Source: Pseudogymnoascus verrucosus (lineage: Eukaryota). Taken from it: a DNA stretch of 64,000 nucleotides. The stretch lies in the NCBI GenBank assembly GCA_001662655.1, contig KV460209.1; one strand, given 5' to 3'. The notes under the pieces were generated by a model, which saw only the letters and a list, made by a program, of their open reading frames with translations, made no database searches and was not told the DNA's origin. A program made the translations under genes and the position numbers. Positions 11,857 through 25,849 of this stretch are shown here, one piece after another (the first letter of the stretch is position 1; every line of letters starts with the position of its first letter).

Positions 11857-14160
11857 ATGGCCGGCATCACGACCCTTAGAAGAAAGCAGTTCTCCAGTTG
11901 CGATAGCTGCCGAAACTCCCGGGTGAAGTGTGACGCTTTGGAGGTTGTTACTGTAGAGGGCATCCACGCCCTCCGAGAATCATGCTCGAGATGCACAAAG
12001 CAGCATACACTCTGTACCTTTAACGTCAGTATCCTTACTCCCTCCGTTGTCTGAATAGAGGCTGACAAGTATAAAACCGCAGTGGGTGCAGAAGCATAAA
12101 AGCCACCGTGCGAGAAACAGACACCTCCTAGACCTAGGCATGTCCCCTGTAACGCAAACAGAGCAAGCAATGGCCCCGAGGCGCTATACCGAAGAGAGGA
12201 GAATGAGAGTCGATCATGGCCTGCACCTGAATGCGAGATCAATCCACGACACTCTTTGGGAACTATATCACCAGAATTTTGAAGCCATGCTCGGTACCTG
12301 GATTGGGGCCTGCCCGTGTTTGGATGGGTACGACATGAGCGCCTTTCGCTGTGACGAATATAGCAAATCCTCCGATGGTGTGGTCAAGGGTGACACGTAC
12401 CTGAACGTAATAAGCATCACTCGATTATTTGTCACCCTTGATAAATGGGTTGGCTACGGACAACTCTATCGAGACCTCTGAGGTTAATGGAGAGAAGACA
12501 GACCAGCTAGATCTCTCTTTCGCGAAGGCCATCCATTCCTTTTCAGCCCGTTGGCTATACTTAGGGGATATCTCCGGCCTGCACTACCCCCAATATTCCT
12601 GCCATGACTCTTTAGTCCGGCATTTCTGGCGTACTGCACGGAAAGATATGCTAAAAGTAATCAACAAAAACTCTTACCGTTCTGCTTTAACACTATTCAT
12701 TTTCGGCCTGACCCCTACGCCGTCTGGACTTGATAAGGGCGAGGAGACGGACGGCTTAACTGGTCAAACCTGCATGCGGCTCGGACTCGAAATGTTACAC
12801 CAATTGCGCGTACAACTAAGTGCCTCTCAATTCTATACTTCAAAGATCCTCCGAAGCATCAAGGACGGCCTGTGGAATTCAATGGCCAAAGATGGCTACG
12901 AGGCAGAATTCACTAGTATGGAGAGTGCAGCATATGCGGCGGGTATGATATTCGACAATGACCCACCCCTAATAGAAACCTGCAGATTTAGTCTTTCTGC
13001 CGGACTCCTTGGGTTTGAATCAGAGCCCATATTTGGTCTTTTCAAACCCCAGGCATGTATTTTCCACGATGCCACAGAGACGTGGCGACGAGATGGATTT
13101 GATGTCTCTAATGAAAATGTTTCGAGGATCGTTCTTGCAACGGCTACCTGGACTTATTACTTCTGGAAATTAGTTGCAATCTTCAAAGAAGCATTGAGAG
13201 AAGGATACGACGAAAAGATTGTTGCAACAAATTATTCGGAGGTTCTTGATACGATACAAAAGTTCAAAATCACATTTCGTCCGCTTATGGATACTTGCGA
13301 ACAACGCCTTCAATTTCTTCCTTGGCGCCTAAAATATGGCTGGTGTTAGTATTTACCTCCCCCTCTTTGCAAATACATTGTGCTGGCCATTACTTTGGCT
13401 CAAGATTGTCTGATATATCTCGTTTCGTACTAATCTATTGTTAGATAATACCATGCTTCGCTATCATCTCAGTGTACTCAAACTCTCAGAAGCAATCGAA
13501 AGAAACAAGCGAACAGATCTACTTCCAAACCTCAAGGCAGCAAGATCATATTCTGAGCAAGGTGCCATCAACGTCTTGAAATTTGGTCTTCATGCTAAGG
13601 CACCAGTCCGGCAAGGTTGCGAAAAGATTGCAAGGACAAAAGCCGGCTCCATATCAATGAATCTTCCAGGGACAGCATCATTTATTGCCATAGACCCCTG
13701 GCCTGACAACATTATAGCTACAGTCCAGCTGGTTTCGAGAGCCATAAATGAAAGCCGGAAAAATGGGTTAATAGGTCCCGATGCTTTCAATAACCTCCGA
13801 GACACGTTGTTTCAAACAGTAGAGCAACTCCCCAGCAGCTCTAAACACACCTCTACAACTCGAAATAGTCTGTACGGGTCGATGTTTGACGAACCAGACA
13901 AATCGATAGATCCTTCTTGCCCTACTCTTAACGTATATTCACAAGCTCCTACCAACACTACTATAAACACGTATGATCATGTTCCGACCCGAGTCCAATA
14001 CAACCAGGAGCATAATCAAAGAGAGTTATACTGCGATAATCATTTGTCGTCTTTTAACATCACGGACAGAGGGATGTACCATGATCTAGTTGCTGAGGTC
14101 AACAACATTGGCTTCAGTCGCCTTAGCTATCTGATCTCAAGTAACGACATTAAGGGATAA
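11857..14160 (+). CDS. AlcR-like Zn2Cys6 transcription factor (frame break near 12430-12510)
   Basis: RRKQFSSCDSCRNSRVKCD-long loop-CSRCTKQHTLCTFN|W resembles the A. nidulans AlcR cluster; introns 12025-12082 and 13345-13444. Confidence 0.75.
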
Positions 14161-14699
14161 TTAAACTCTACGGATTGATCTGATAATATTCACTGGTCTG
14201 ATCTATATATTGACAAATTACGGAAATATAGAGTAGCAAGATACCCCAACACTCCGTCACAACACTTGCTTCTGAGCTCGCCAAACATCAAGTTTTGGAG
14301 TAGATAAGCAAGTAAGTTTACATTGTTAATTTACATTGTTACAGCGGAATATGCTGTTCGCCTACATCAAGCGAGAGAGAGAGTTTTTTTCAGTGACTCG
14401 ACAACATATTCTGTGCCCTCCCCGATTAGATTACATATATACCCTAGGTTCAAGTTGGTACGCGCTTCAGTCCAGCTATATCCTGGTGGATGACGGCAAA
14501 GCACCACGTACCAGATATGCACACGATGGAGCTCGAGAAAGAATGCTAATTCTAACAATAGCCCCGAGAAGACAGATCGAACCAACGAACGAGGTTTACC
14601 TTTGGATATCAACTTAGAATAACTTGGCTAGTCGACTTGGCTTCATCGGATATTCCTGTCTCTATTACGGCGAGGATTCCATTCTGCATTAAGTCCAGA

Positions 14700-16146
14700 T
14701 CGCCAAGTGCAACCCGCTTTGTTATAATTCCCTCGCCTCAAATCGATGCAGGACGTTTCGACAAGGGCCTGGTGGTATTCGTGACACAGCCCTTACTCTC
14801 CCCGTTTTCAGAAACCTCAGGCAGAAGAGATATTCTTCTCTGGGCTCTCAAAGGAAGGTTCTATATTCTACAAGATCCGCTCTGGGTTGTTAGCCGACTA
14901 GTCATTGTCCCTTAGAGATATAGTCGCATTCAAAATTAGGGATGCCCTAAATTCAAGGAGAGTGAAGCCGTCGACAAGCCCCCTGAGGATGATCTCGAAC
15001 TTCATGACAAATAAATAAGACACATAAATCAAAACTTCTATAGATATCAGATATTTCTCATCACAAAGTTAAACAGGGGTGCCTTACAGCGGCATAATGC
15101 TGATATGTAGAAGAGTGATACTCAGGTCAATATCTAACCTAGTGATTACCATAGAGCTATCATCTAGAACATGGATAAATTCTGCTGTAAGACGATCTTG
15201 CAAAGACCAGAAGTTTTCTGGGGGAAATCCTTTTATCGACTGAGTCTATGTTATTAGCCTTGATTTTAATAATCAATCCGCTCCTAAAGGTACTATCTAA
15301 GAACCAAACAGTACATCCAATTCAGCAAGGGAAATCCAGGCAGAATATATTTTGGTCTCCTAGGATTGTATTTTCGATTTATCACGATGAATGGAGCTGC
15401 CTTGCTGTAGATAAGCCATATGTAAGGGATCGGCCGTTAAATCTATTTCGTAAATACTATTCGTGTCCGGGTTGGATGATATCTGTTGCTGGGCCGTAGG
15501 AACTAGTATAGATATGTTAGTAAGAAAGTGGCCATACTTATATGTCAAGGCTCTTACCTAGAACCAACGGCCTGGAATCGTTGCTTTCGTATGTTTCGGG
15601 AGATCCTTGAAGAGAATAGTTATTCTCATCTTTGACCTCTGATGGGTTCTGATCATTATGCAAATTATCGTCGTCTAAAAGGCAAGATTCATCATTCACG
15701 GGACCAAGCAGTCTTTTGACTTCTGAATGAATAAAATATAAGGGATGCCAGGGAGGCACGTCGTTTTCTATAGTGAATGATGAATTACTATCAGATGAAG
15801 CCTTTTTCTGTACTTTTTGAAGAGAAGTCTTGGAGTCAGTCGGATTTTGAAATATGTCATCAAAGCTTCCATACTGAGGACGTCTAAGCACCAAAAAGAA
15901 AAAAATACGTTAGATCAGTCGATTTCTCCGAATTGGGCGAGTATCTCACATTGTTTGAATCTCCCTCCATATACACCGCTCGCCTTTATCGCGGCACTTG
16001 ACACAAGCCTGATAGCCCCAGAGAGTGACACAACGGACCTTACTCGCCCGGCAGGCTTTACAGGCGCCCCAGCGGCTCCCTCTCCTTGTTGTTCCCTGAG
16101 CATGCCCTGGCTCTCGATCTGGTCTTGTTGTTTTCTGAGGCGCCAT
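14700..16146 (-). pseudogene. Degenerate Zn2Cys6 transcription factor
   Basis: CKACRASKVRC...CVKCRDKGERC; introns 15949-15884 and 15557-15503 splice in frame, then in-frame TAG at 15362-15360; 3' limit approximate. Confidence 0.6.
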
Positions 16147-17129
16147 AGTAGCTACAGCTGCCGATGTTTTCGTTGACGAGTTACGGATGATGATTTGAAG
16201 TGAAGCAGGCTGGTTTGAAATAAGGGAAAGTAATACGAGGGGCAGTATTTGTAGCTATCTTACTCGGCAGCATCGCGCTTCCGGCGTCGCTGCAAGGGGT
16301 CGATCGTCTGGGCATATAGGGAAGATTCTGGTCTAGGCACGGCTAACTGCGGAGGCATGTCTACTATCAAAATGGCAACCAGCGATTTGGTCACGATTAG
16401 CATAAAAATGCCAAAGTAAGTCGCTTCCGAAAATACATATCCCCCGTTCATTGGCTTACGGAACCGAGAGCCTGTTCGATCTCGGACCCGAGAGCCAAGA
16501 CTTCGCTTCCTTGTTCTAAGCGCAACCCATCAAATGCGCCTCTTTACCTTAGTAGAAGTGAATTCAGATGTGAATGTCAACGCAGCCGTCGATTAATTTC
16601 AAATGGGACATCTCGCCTCCACCTTCATTCACGGGGTCATATGGGCCGTTCAACCCCATAACATGGAGATCTAATACACCAAATCAGTATCTGCATATTG
16701 TACTTCCCCACAAGACCGTTTTATAATGTCTAGTGAAATAGAACGAACCATAACAATCATTTTTGCGGTTCAGTTTAGTAATTACTTTAGCTATACGTTC
16801 ACCAGAAGGTATTATACGCTGATTGAAGAGCGGCATGTGGGCTAGAAGCTATGTGCGAATTGACTCTTGACTCAGGAAGCCGAGTATTGGGACTCGGTTC
16901 CGAGACCAGCCGGAAGCGAGTGCATAAACGAGTCTTTCTATACAGTCTTGGGATGTATATTTCCAGTCTAAGGTTACGGGGCGCGTGTAAGTGGGCCTGA
17001 GGGAGTCACCTGCCATCTGAGGGGATGCGATCCCATTCCTACTATAAATATGGTCTCCCATCGCAATAAGTTTTATTGTCATCCCAAAACAGTTCCTTAC
17101 AACCATTACTTAGCCAAATATCATTCAGA

Positions 17130-19716
17130 ATGTCGACTCAGGTGGTCCAAAGCCGCGGAATCTTTCATGGGCTGCCTGTCTTCCCTGAAAACGTCAAGGG
17201 CCTCACAGCCGTCATTACAGGCGCAAACGGCATATCGGGCCAGCATATGCTCCGCGTTTTATTGCAGTCCCCAGAACGATGGATGAAGATAATCTGCATT
17301 TCGCGCCGTCTCCCGTTCATGAAGGACGGCGCGGTACCTGGAGTTGTAGAACATATCGCTCTTGATTTCCTCGATACGCCGCAGGCGATTGCCAATGTCT
17401 TGCGTGAACGCGGTGTCAAAGCGTAAGTTATATCAGATATTGAAGAGTGAATCTCACTAACGTGGATAGGGACTATGTTTTCTTCTTCTCTTACGTCCAA
17501 GTGGACCCAGAGCCTGGAGCTCCAATTTGGTCAAATGCACAAGAACTTTGTCGCGTAAACAGTGAGAGATTTTCAATAGCTATGTGATAGAATCATAACT
17601 AAACTGGTGCAGCGTTGCTTCTCTCAAACTTCCTCGAGTCACTCGCTCTTAACTCCATTAAGCCGCGCCGCTTCATGCTTCAAACAGGAGCAAAGCATTA
17701 CGGGTTAGTTTATGTCTCTATTTTGCTGGAGATATTTATCTAACAGTTTCATAGAGGACAATTTGGTTCGAATCTCGCTCCTCAGGAGGAGTCAGATCCA
17801 AGAGTTCTACTGGAACCCAACTTCTACTACGACCAAGAAGACTGTCTATGGGCTTACTGCAAAAAGCATGATATAAAATGGAACGTCATTCGCCCCGCCT
17901 TTATTCTAGGGGCTGTTCCTGACGCCGCCATGAATGTCTGCTTTCCTTTGGCGGTATATGCAAGTGTCCGCAGGCATCTCGGTCAGCCGCTTGATTTCCC
18001 ATATGATCTCACTGCTTGGGACATGAGCGTCACCCAGAGCAGTGCATTACTCAACAGCTATCTTGAAGAATGGGCTGTGCTTACAGACGGCGCTGCTAAT
18101 GAAGCATTTAATGCTAGTGACGACGGCATTTTTACGTGGAGCAAGTTCTGGCCTTTGCTTGCCAGTTGGTACGGTCTGGACTATATTCGGCCAGATGATG
18201 AGGGTAAATATAAAGACCTCATCTTGCCTCATAACCCGCCTCCCCGAGGCTACGGTCCCCCAGGCAAGATACGTTACAGATTCAGTTTGACTGAGTGGGC
18301 CAAGCAACCTGAAGTCACCCAGGCTTGGAAGGATATTGCCCAACAGAATGATCTCTCCGTCAAAGAACTTCATGACGTTGATCGTATCTTCGGCTTTACC
18401 GATTTTGCTATGAGTGTATCTTGGCCTGGCGCAAGTCTCAGGTAAGCCGTCTACGCAATTGCTACCTATAATACTGCCGCTGATATCTGTCTAGCATGGC
18501 CAAAGCACGAAAGCTAGGGTGGCATGGGTATGTCGACTCAAACGAGTCTGTGCGTGAGGTGCTTTTAGACTTCGAGAAGCTAGGTATGATTCCGCACGCA
18601 CCTGCCCTTGCGCAGAGCGGTGCCCCAGCCAATACAGCAAGTTCATTGACGGAGGGTTATGCACCAGAATGGCTCGAGGTACGAGATTAGATCTACAATA
18701 AATTGTTGCACTCAATAACTTTTGCCGATCCATAGCTTGAAAAAACACTAGGGACCCGTCCTCTTCTGACAGGCACTGTGGAAGAGATGCAGGGACAGTT
18801 TGCAGCTCTTTCTGCGTTGCTCAGCGCTTCACAAACTCCCCCCGATGACACTATTGAAAGTAAAGATGAAACCGCAGATGGTATACCTGTTCGCATCTAC
18901 AAGCCCAAAGACGCAGCTAGAACAAAGCTCCCTATCGTGGTTTACTACCACGGGGGGGGGTTTGTGCTCGGAAATCTTGACACCGAGGATGCATGGTGTC
19001 GATATCTTGCTAAGACCACCCCATCCATTGTTGTATCTGTTGATTACCGCCTGGGGCCCAAGTTCAAGATGCCAGTAATGCTCGAGGACAGTCTTACTGC
19101 ATTCAAATGGGTATGTCATCCTCCTTACCTACTTACAAGCTATTATGCTAATACAGGGGCTGTACAGGTATATGCCAATGCTGAGACGCTTGGAGGTACT
19201 AAATCCAGGATCTTCACCGCTGGTACATCCGCTGGCGGCGGTCTGGCTCTACTTGTCACAGATGCTCTTATCCAAGAGGGTAAAAACTCTCACGTTAAGG
19301 GAGTTATAACCGCTGTCCCTATAACTGCACACCCATTATCTATACCGGAAGAATACAAATCTCAGTATACATCATATGAAAAGAATGGTTCTGGTGTTCC
19401 TGTGGCCGACGCCTCAACATTAAATACGTTTTTTGAGGCAGCTGGCTGCAAATATGACGATCCAATGACTTTTGTGACGTTGTCACAAAACTTGTCACAA
19501 TTTCCTCCAACATACATCAGCACTTGTGGAAAAGATCCGCTGAGAGACGACGGCAGAGTGCTAGAGGCTATGCTGAAAAGAGAAGGTGTCAAGACCAAAT
19601 CAGACAACTATATTGGCCAACCGCATTGCTTCTGGTTATTCCCAAATGTGAATGGGGAGGAGTTTTTGGCTAATGTAGTAAAGGGAGCTCAATGGGTCGT
19701 GTTAAATTCAGAGTAG
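17130..19716 (+). CDS. PRISE/VEP1-like atypical SDR fused by splicing to an HSL-family alpha/beta hydrolase
   Basis: SDR: TGANGISG, DYVFFFSY, QTGAKHYG, PNFYY, KARKLGWHG; introns about 17423-17469, 17562-17612, 17704-17754, 18442-18494; phase-0 intron 18679-18735 links to esterase with HGGG, GTSAG, DPLRDD, GQPH; in-frame intron 19111-19167. Confidence 0.82.
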
Positions 19717-21563
19717 TTACAAATTCAATTCAATATTTTGCTGCTGCTCTCTTCGATGCCTTTGGTTTACTTTCTATATTACGATTACCATATTCTGTAA
19801 TATTATGATAAGGGCTTAAGGAATAAATGGGAACATGCATATTTGTAAAAGGTGTATCTGCGCAAGAAGGCAGTCCCGGACGATAGGGTATTGCCTCAAC
19901 TTGTGTTTGGTCTCAGCCCTTCTCTTTCTAGACTATATAATTTCTATGCTTATTCTAGTTAATTTTCACTAAGAGCTTGTGAAAGAATACTAGGCATAAT
20001 GCTGCCTACGGCAAAAAAAAAAAGTCACAGAGATCTCTGAAGGAAATTTTATATAATATAAGATGGCGGTACGATATATGCCTTGGCATTGCCAATGATA
20101 ACTACGATATTAACTAGCCATAATGTGTCTGTAAACCAATTGAACGTATTTCAAGTATACTTTCAAGTTGTTAAGTACAAAAGATAATGGAAAGAATATC
20201 AACTTGAGAAAGAACAAGCATTAATACCTAAGAAATGGAATTTCCGTTGATCAGGCTATATTATGTACAAGCTTGGGGAGAAGATATTTATGAGACTGGC
20301 GCTATTAACCATCTGGTAAGCGAAAACAAAAGTTCTGACATAAATAGCGGTTATCTTGGCTTGAACCCTGAAGTCAAATATAAAAAAGGAATGAATTAAA
20401 AAAGATTGACTAGCGATGTAAACCAAGTCTTTGCCCTTACTGGCAAATATTAGGTACGGACCCGCGTTAGCCCGTCCATGATCTTCGCTTTACTACAATC
20501 TTGTAGTCACTATTTTCACGGGTGACCGGCGAATTGTACATGGTTCAACTTTAAAGGGGTTGTGTGTGCCCTTTAGAGTCGAGAAAAATCAAAGCCCAAT
20601 CGAAGCTAATCCCATTGTTTCACTTTAAGCAGCGAGAGCTCAGGATCACAAAAGATATGGAAATTGCTGAGGACAACTCGTGCATAAAAAATGTGAGTAT
20701 TATTATACAGCAGAGAGGCCTTTTTGTTCATAGTAAAGCCCACTTCTTGCATCTTTTTTATACAAAGAGGATGCCACATTTGCAGCTGGTATAATGCTCC
20801 CGCCTATTATCAAAGGTCACATGACCTTCCATTTTTCTCTTTACATCTTTACTTCCTTTATCCGTTCTGTTCCATATATTGTCATATTATACAATAGGAG
20901 AGCGAGTCTAGAATAGGAAAATTCCCAACATCACTTTACTTCCAAGATTAAAGCTGCAAGCATAAAATCTGTATAAGGCTTGGCAATTTATTACTGTTTC
21001 AACTATACCCATACAACTCGACCCCTTAAATGACGAAGCGTAGTATCAAGATCTGTCTAGAATACATTGCTAAGCATGGTTTTCCTGCTGCTTACCAACC
21101 CTAACAAAGACAGTGGAACTGAAAACATCCTGTGGCAGACAGCCCTGATCCACTGCTATATCCGTAGTATATCGGATATCGGGGACCGAATCTCGATTTA
21201 GTGTAGCCTTAAACAAAAAACCAGGTCAAAGAGTCTGGCTTAGAAACCCAACTCACAATCCGGTATCTAATACGTAAACTTGCTCAGCTCGCTGGCTTAG
21301 ACACTCGGTTGAAAGGCCTTGATGAAACTCCTTAAAGCGCTTAGCACGTCGTTGTGAGTTAAACTTAATTGAATACCGAAAACTTAGCACGTAATCTGCG
21401 GAAATTATCTACGCGAGTCTGGCTCCGTTAGCGCTTGCGGCTGTAGTATAAGTCTAGAGAGGGTCCTCCATTGAGGCCGAGTATTCTCTTCTTGTTTCAG
21501 AGACTCCCTCCGATTTCACTACATACTTCCCAGCAGACCCGGTACAGAAGTTAGCAAGGCAAG

Positions 21564-23392
21564 ATGACGTTCAGTGAAGCGTTTAATGAGATTGTCCGAG
21601 ACGCGCCCTTGGGACAGCTCGTGCGCTTTTTCACCAAGAATCGGCTTTTCAAGTACCCAGAAGAACAGCCGAACTTCAAACTGCCCGAGCCATGGATTCG
21701 CATCATGAACTATGCAGACCACGACATTACACCTCAAGATAAGACAGCTACATCTTCATCCGCCTCTGTCTCGAACGCCGACCAAGAAGGAGGAGAGGCG
21801 TCGGATGTCAACAACGCAACCCAGCCGGCTCTCGAGAGTAATGAATTCGCAGAAGAAAAACCTACCCACCTGACACCGAAAGTTAGCCATGCCGGTACTA
21901 TCTTAGTCGATTGGTACTCCGAAGACGATCCTGCTAACCCGCACAATTGGTCGGACCTACGCCGTGGGCTCCTCGCCCTGATTATATGCCTCTATACATT
22001 TGTGGTGTACCTGAGTTCGGCAATCTACACACCATCGACTGAAGGTGTCATGGAGAAATTTGGCGTTAGCAACCTCAAGGCAACTCTCGGTCTCGCCATG
22101 TATGTGCTGGGTTATGGTGTCGGCCCACTGCTCTTTTCACCTCTCAGTGAGATCCCTCACATCGGTCGCAGCCCTGTCTACATCATTACTCTGTTTCTGT
22201 TTGTAGTCCTTTCTATTCCAACAGCCCTAGTGAACAACTTTCCAGGCCTTATTATTTTGCGCTTTTTGCAGGGGTTCTTCGGATCACCTTGCCTAGCATC
22301 AGGAGGTGCCTCAATGAGCGATATGTACAGCCTGACCGCTTTGCCTTTTGCATTGATTGCCTGGGTTGCTGCGATGTCCTGCGGACGTATGTCTTCCCGC
22401 CGGTCATTGAGAATCTGTTAGCTAATTCCAGGACAGCTTCTCTCGGTCCTCTCCTTAGTGGATTCGCTGTACCAGCGGAAAACTGGCGTTGGTCCCTATA
22501 CGAGTCCATCTGGGCATCGGCACCGATGCTTATCGCTTTTTTCATCTTTATGCCCGAAACAAGTAGTCCTAATATCCTTTTGCGTCGCGCCCAACGCCTG
22601 CGCCAGGTTACCGGCAACCAGAAGCTGATGTCCCAGAGTGAAATTGACCAGCGTCACTTGACAGTCTCGGACATTTCAATAGAGGCCTTGATTAAGCCCT
22701 TAGAAATCACTTTGAAAGACCCCGCTGTCATGTTTGTGCAAGTCTACTCGGCCATCGTCTATGGCATCTACTATTCCTGTAAGTGTTCCATGACTCGTTA
22801 TAGCGCTTTAGCTGATCTTGTAGATTTTGAGGTGTTTCCGCTTGTCTATCCCGTATTCTACCATATGAATCTAGGCCAGGTTGGTCTTGTCTTTTTCTGC
22901 ATCGTTATTGGATGTATAATTGCTATTATCGCTTATGGCTCATGGCTATACTTTGTGGTCACACCAAGGACTAAGAAAGTCGGTATGGGCCCACAGGAGA
23001 ACATTCTTTTAGCTGGTTTACCAGCATCCTTTGGCCCTCCCATTGGCCTATTCTTGTTCGCCTGGACTGCCCGTGCTTCTATTCACTGGATTGTCCCAAC
23101 TATCGGCATTACGATCTACGCCGGCTCAGTTTTCACCGTGCTACAGTGTATGTTCCTATATATCCCGTTCAGCTACCCTCAGTATGCTGCCTCTTTATTC
23201 GCTGCGAACGACTTCTTCCGCAGCGCCTTGGCCAGCGGCAGCATTCTCTTTGCACATCCTCTGTATCAAAACCTTGGTATTGCTAAAGGGACGACTCTTC
23301 TTGGCGGCTTGAGTGCCATCGGTATTGTAGGAATGTGGATCTTGTTCTTCTACGGTGCCAAGCTCCGAGCTCGCAGCACGTTTGCCACATAG
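21564..23392 (+). CDS. MFS DHA1 drug:H+ antiporter (Flr1/Mdr1/Caf5-like)
   Basis: VDWYSEDDPANPHNW, GPLLFSPLSE, LRFLQGFFGSP, PETS, YAASLFAAN; introns about 22387-22431 and 22779-22823. Confidence 0.93.
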
Positions 23393-23562
23393 GGAGGATT
23401 AAGATTAATCTGTGCCAAGAAAGCTTCTTTGCCTCTCTGAGTTCACTCAGGCCTAGTCAATTAAGCAAGATTCACCTCAATTAGCGGACGACTAGTCCGT
23501 CATGCATCTCTTCTCAATTATTTTATCTCCTATTATTTCGTCAATTATCGCAAATTGTGCCT

Positions 23563-23690
23563 ATGGACGGGGCTACAAAAAAGGTGCTTAACGCGTGGTT
23601 TGAAGCATATAAGAAGGTGGTTGAAGACTGTAAAATTATGCAAGATAATACATATAACATAGACGAATCTGGATTCTCAATTAGAACTAA
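23563..23690 (+). mobile_element. Short relic of a pogo/Fot1-type DDE transposase
   Basis: Translates MDGATKKVLNAWFEAYKKVVEDCKIMQDNTYNIDESGFSIRT, matching the WF...YNMDE(T/S)GF motif with G>A changes. Confidence 0.7.
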
Positions 23691-24314
23691 CAGCGAATAA
23701 GCTTCTTAGCTAGACAATAATGGTTGTATAGTCCTTGCAACACCTGTCTAGCAACATATCTCAATGTTAGCAACGAGGTCTAAGCAACTTCAAGCATAAA
23801 GTATTGTCTACTAATATAATTGTAACAGGGTGGTTGCTGACCGACCATTACAGTATATATAGCGTGTTATGCGTATTCCAGGAGACCTGAAATATTGTCG
23901 TCTTTTTGGCTTAGTGGGGTGTAGCGCGAGCGTAGCCGTACATCGTTACAATAATGCAAACAACTTACAACCCATGGAAAAGTAAAGAGGGTTATTTTAA
24001 AAGGTCACTTCTATATTTCTACTCAAGAATTGCTTACAAAGTCAGAGAAACTCAAATTTGCTCAGCCAACTATGTTAGAGTCCCGATATACAACCGGTTG
24101 TCTTTCGGATATTGAGAGCAGGGTTGTGTTACCTACCATGACCCCGCTTACAAAACCTTCTATAACAGCCCCCAAGGAACCCTTTAATTGTCCAACAAAG
24201 ATTTTGCGAATGATACGCTGTCTCTATATATAGCCAGCATCCTCTAGTGTCCGTTCCGTATATCAACCACAACTCCTCTCCATCATAGCCCTCATTCTCA
24301 ACTACTGCACCAAA

Positions 24315-25034
24315 ATGGCCCCTATCCAATTCGGCATCCTCGCCTTCGCCTACCAAGTACTCGACGCCGTCGGCCCAACCGATCTCCTGTTCTCCGCTAA
24401 CAAGAGCACCATGGAAACGCTCGGGCAATACGGCCCCATCGACGAAGACCTCATCTCCCGAGCACCAGAGTTCGCGTTCCATCATATTGGCGTGACCAGA
24501 GACGCCGTTAACCTCGGTACTAGCCAGATGACGATTATCCCTACAACAATTGTGGATGAGTGTCCAGAGCTGGATATCTTGCTTGTCGCAGGGCCGTATC
24601 TGGGTAACTTTGAGCTACACCCCAAGCACGCTGATCTGATCCAAAGACACGTCGCTGCCGGAAAGATCCTCTTTACAAACTGCACGGGCGCCAGCCTCGT
24701 CGCATCCACCGGTGTGCTAGACGGGAAGAAGGCCACAGTCAATAATGTGGAATACGAGTGGGTGAGGAAGCGCTGGCCAAAAGTCAACTGGACACGAGAG
24801 AAGAAGTGGATCATCGACGGCAACATTTGGACAGGCTCCGGAGCGATCGCTGGGACAGACATGGTTGCCCACTGGATTAAGGAGAACTATGGTCTGGATG
24901 TTCTCATCCAGGCTGCTGTCACTTTAGACTATGAGCCACGGGATAGTGATGGATTGTTCAATGTGTTTCCGCGGAGGTTTGCTTCAAATGGAGAAAAGGT
25001 CTCTACTCATGTGTTTAGGCATCATGCGGAATAA
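24315..25034 (+). CDS. DJ-1/PfpI (ThiJ; isonitrile-hydratase-like clade) protein, intronless
   Basis: LDAVGP, ECPELDILLVAG, FTNCTG (nucleophilic Cys), GVLDGKKAT, WIIDGNIWTGSG. Confidence 0.88.
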   Translation: MAPIQFGILAFAYQVLDAVGPTDLLFSANKSTMETLGQYGPIDEDLISRAPEFAFHHIGVTRDAVNLGTSQMTIIPTTIVDECPELDILLVAGPYLGNFELHPKHADLIQRHVAAGKILFTNCTGASLVASTGVLDGKKATVNNVEYEWVRKRWPKVNWTREKKWIIDGNIWTGSGAIAGTDMVAHWIKENYGLDVLIQAAVTLDYEPRDSDGLFNVFPRRFASNGEKVSTHVFRHHAE

Positions 25035-25849
25035 TGAATAATTTATAGATAGACCCGGATGATAAAACTCATTAGAAGGGAGCATAGGGATAAACAAATA
25101 CGAATCTATTTAGCTGCATTTCGTAATCCCCACTGGTCACTTAGATACAAAGCACCTATCTTCATCGCTTCGATAGACTCGGCCATGTGTAAGATATCTC
25201 AATCCCCCACCAGCCTTCAATTGTACCCCGTTCACTCGTGAACCCAACGCACGCATTCTCAGGTCATCCACCTCTAATACAGACTGGGGGGGCCTACCTA
25301 GGCGGAATACATACCCCAATACATCATGAAAATGAAAAGGAATTGAAAAAGAAAAAGAAAAAACGCCATGGACAGCCCCTCTATTACCACGAAACCGGAG
25401 AACATAGAAAACCATGCGTATCGCAAAGTGCGGTGCAATGCAAAAAGCCCTATCTAACAACATAATGAAGCACCATTTTTCAGAGAGCTAAATTAAACAA
25501 GTTCTCATTTGGCATAAATCGGACATTGATAATCAATAAAGCTGATCGCCACCTTAGCACAGTAGTCTCCGGCCGGATATAGATGTGGGTCATGAATTAG
25601 AAGTCAGCTCATCCGCCTTCCGGCACCGTCCGGATGTCCAAAGAGAACCTTTATGGGGCGCTTGTAGGCAGCAACGTAATGAGTATAACTGTAGTTGCTG
25701 CGTTTGATTAGGTTAAATCATCCGGCCATAAACGACAAGAGCTATGCATGTTGTTAATGACATAAGCAAGCTGACGGCATGCAGGTATAAATAACAAAGG
25801 GCCATCTTGAAAGCCGAAGCCTACTCTGAGCTGATTTCAAAACTCCAAA

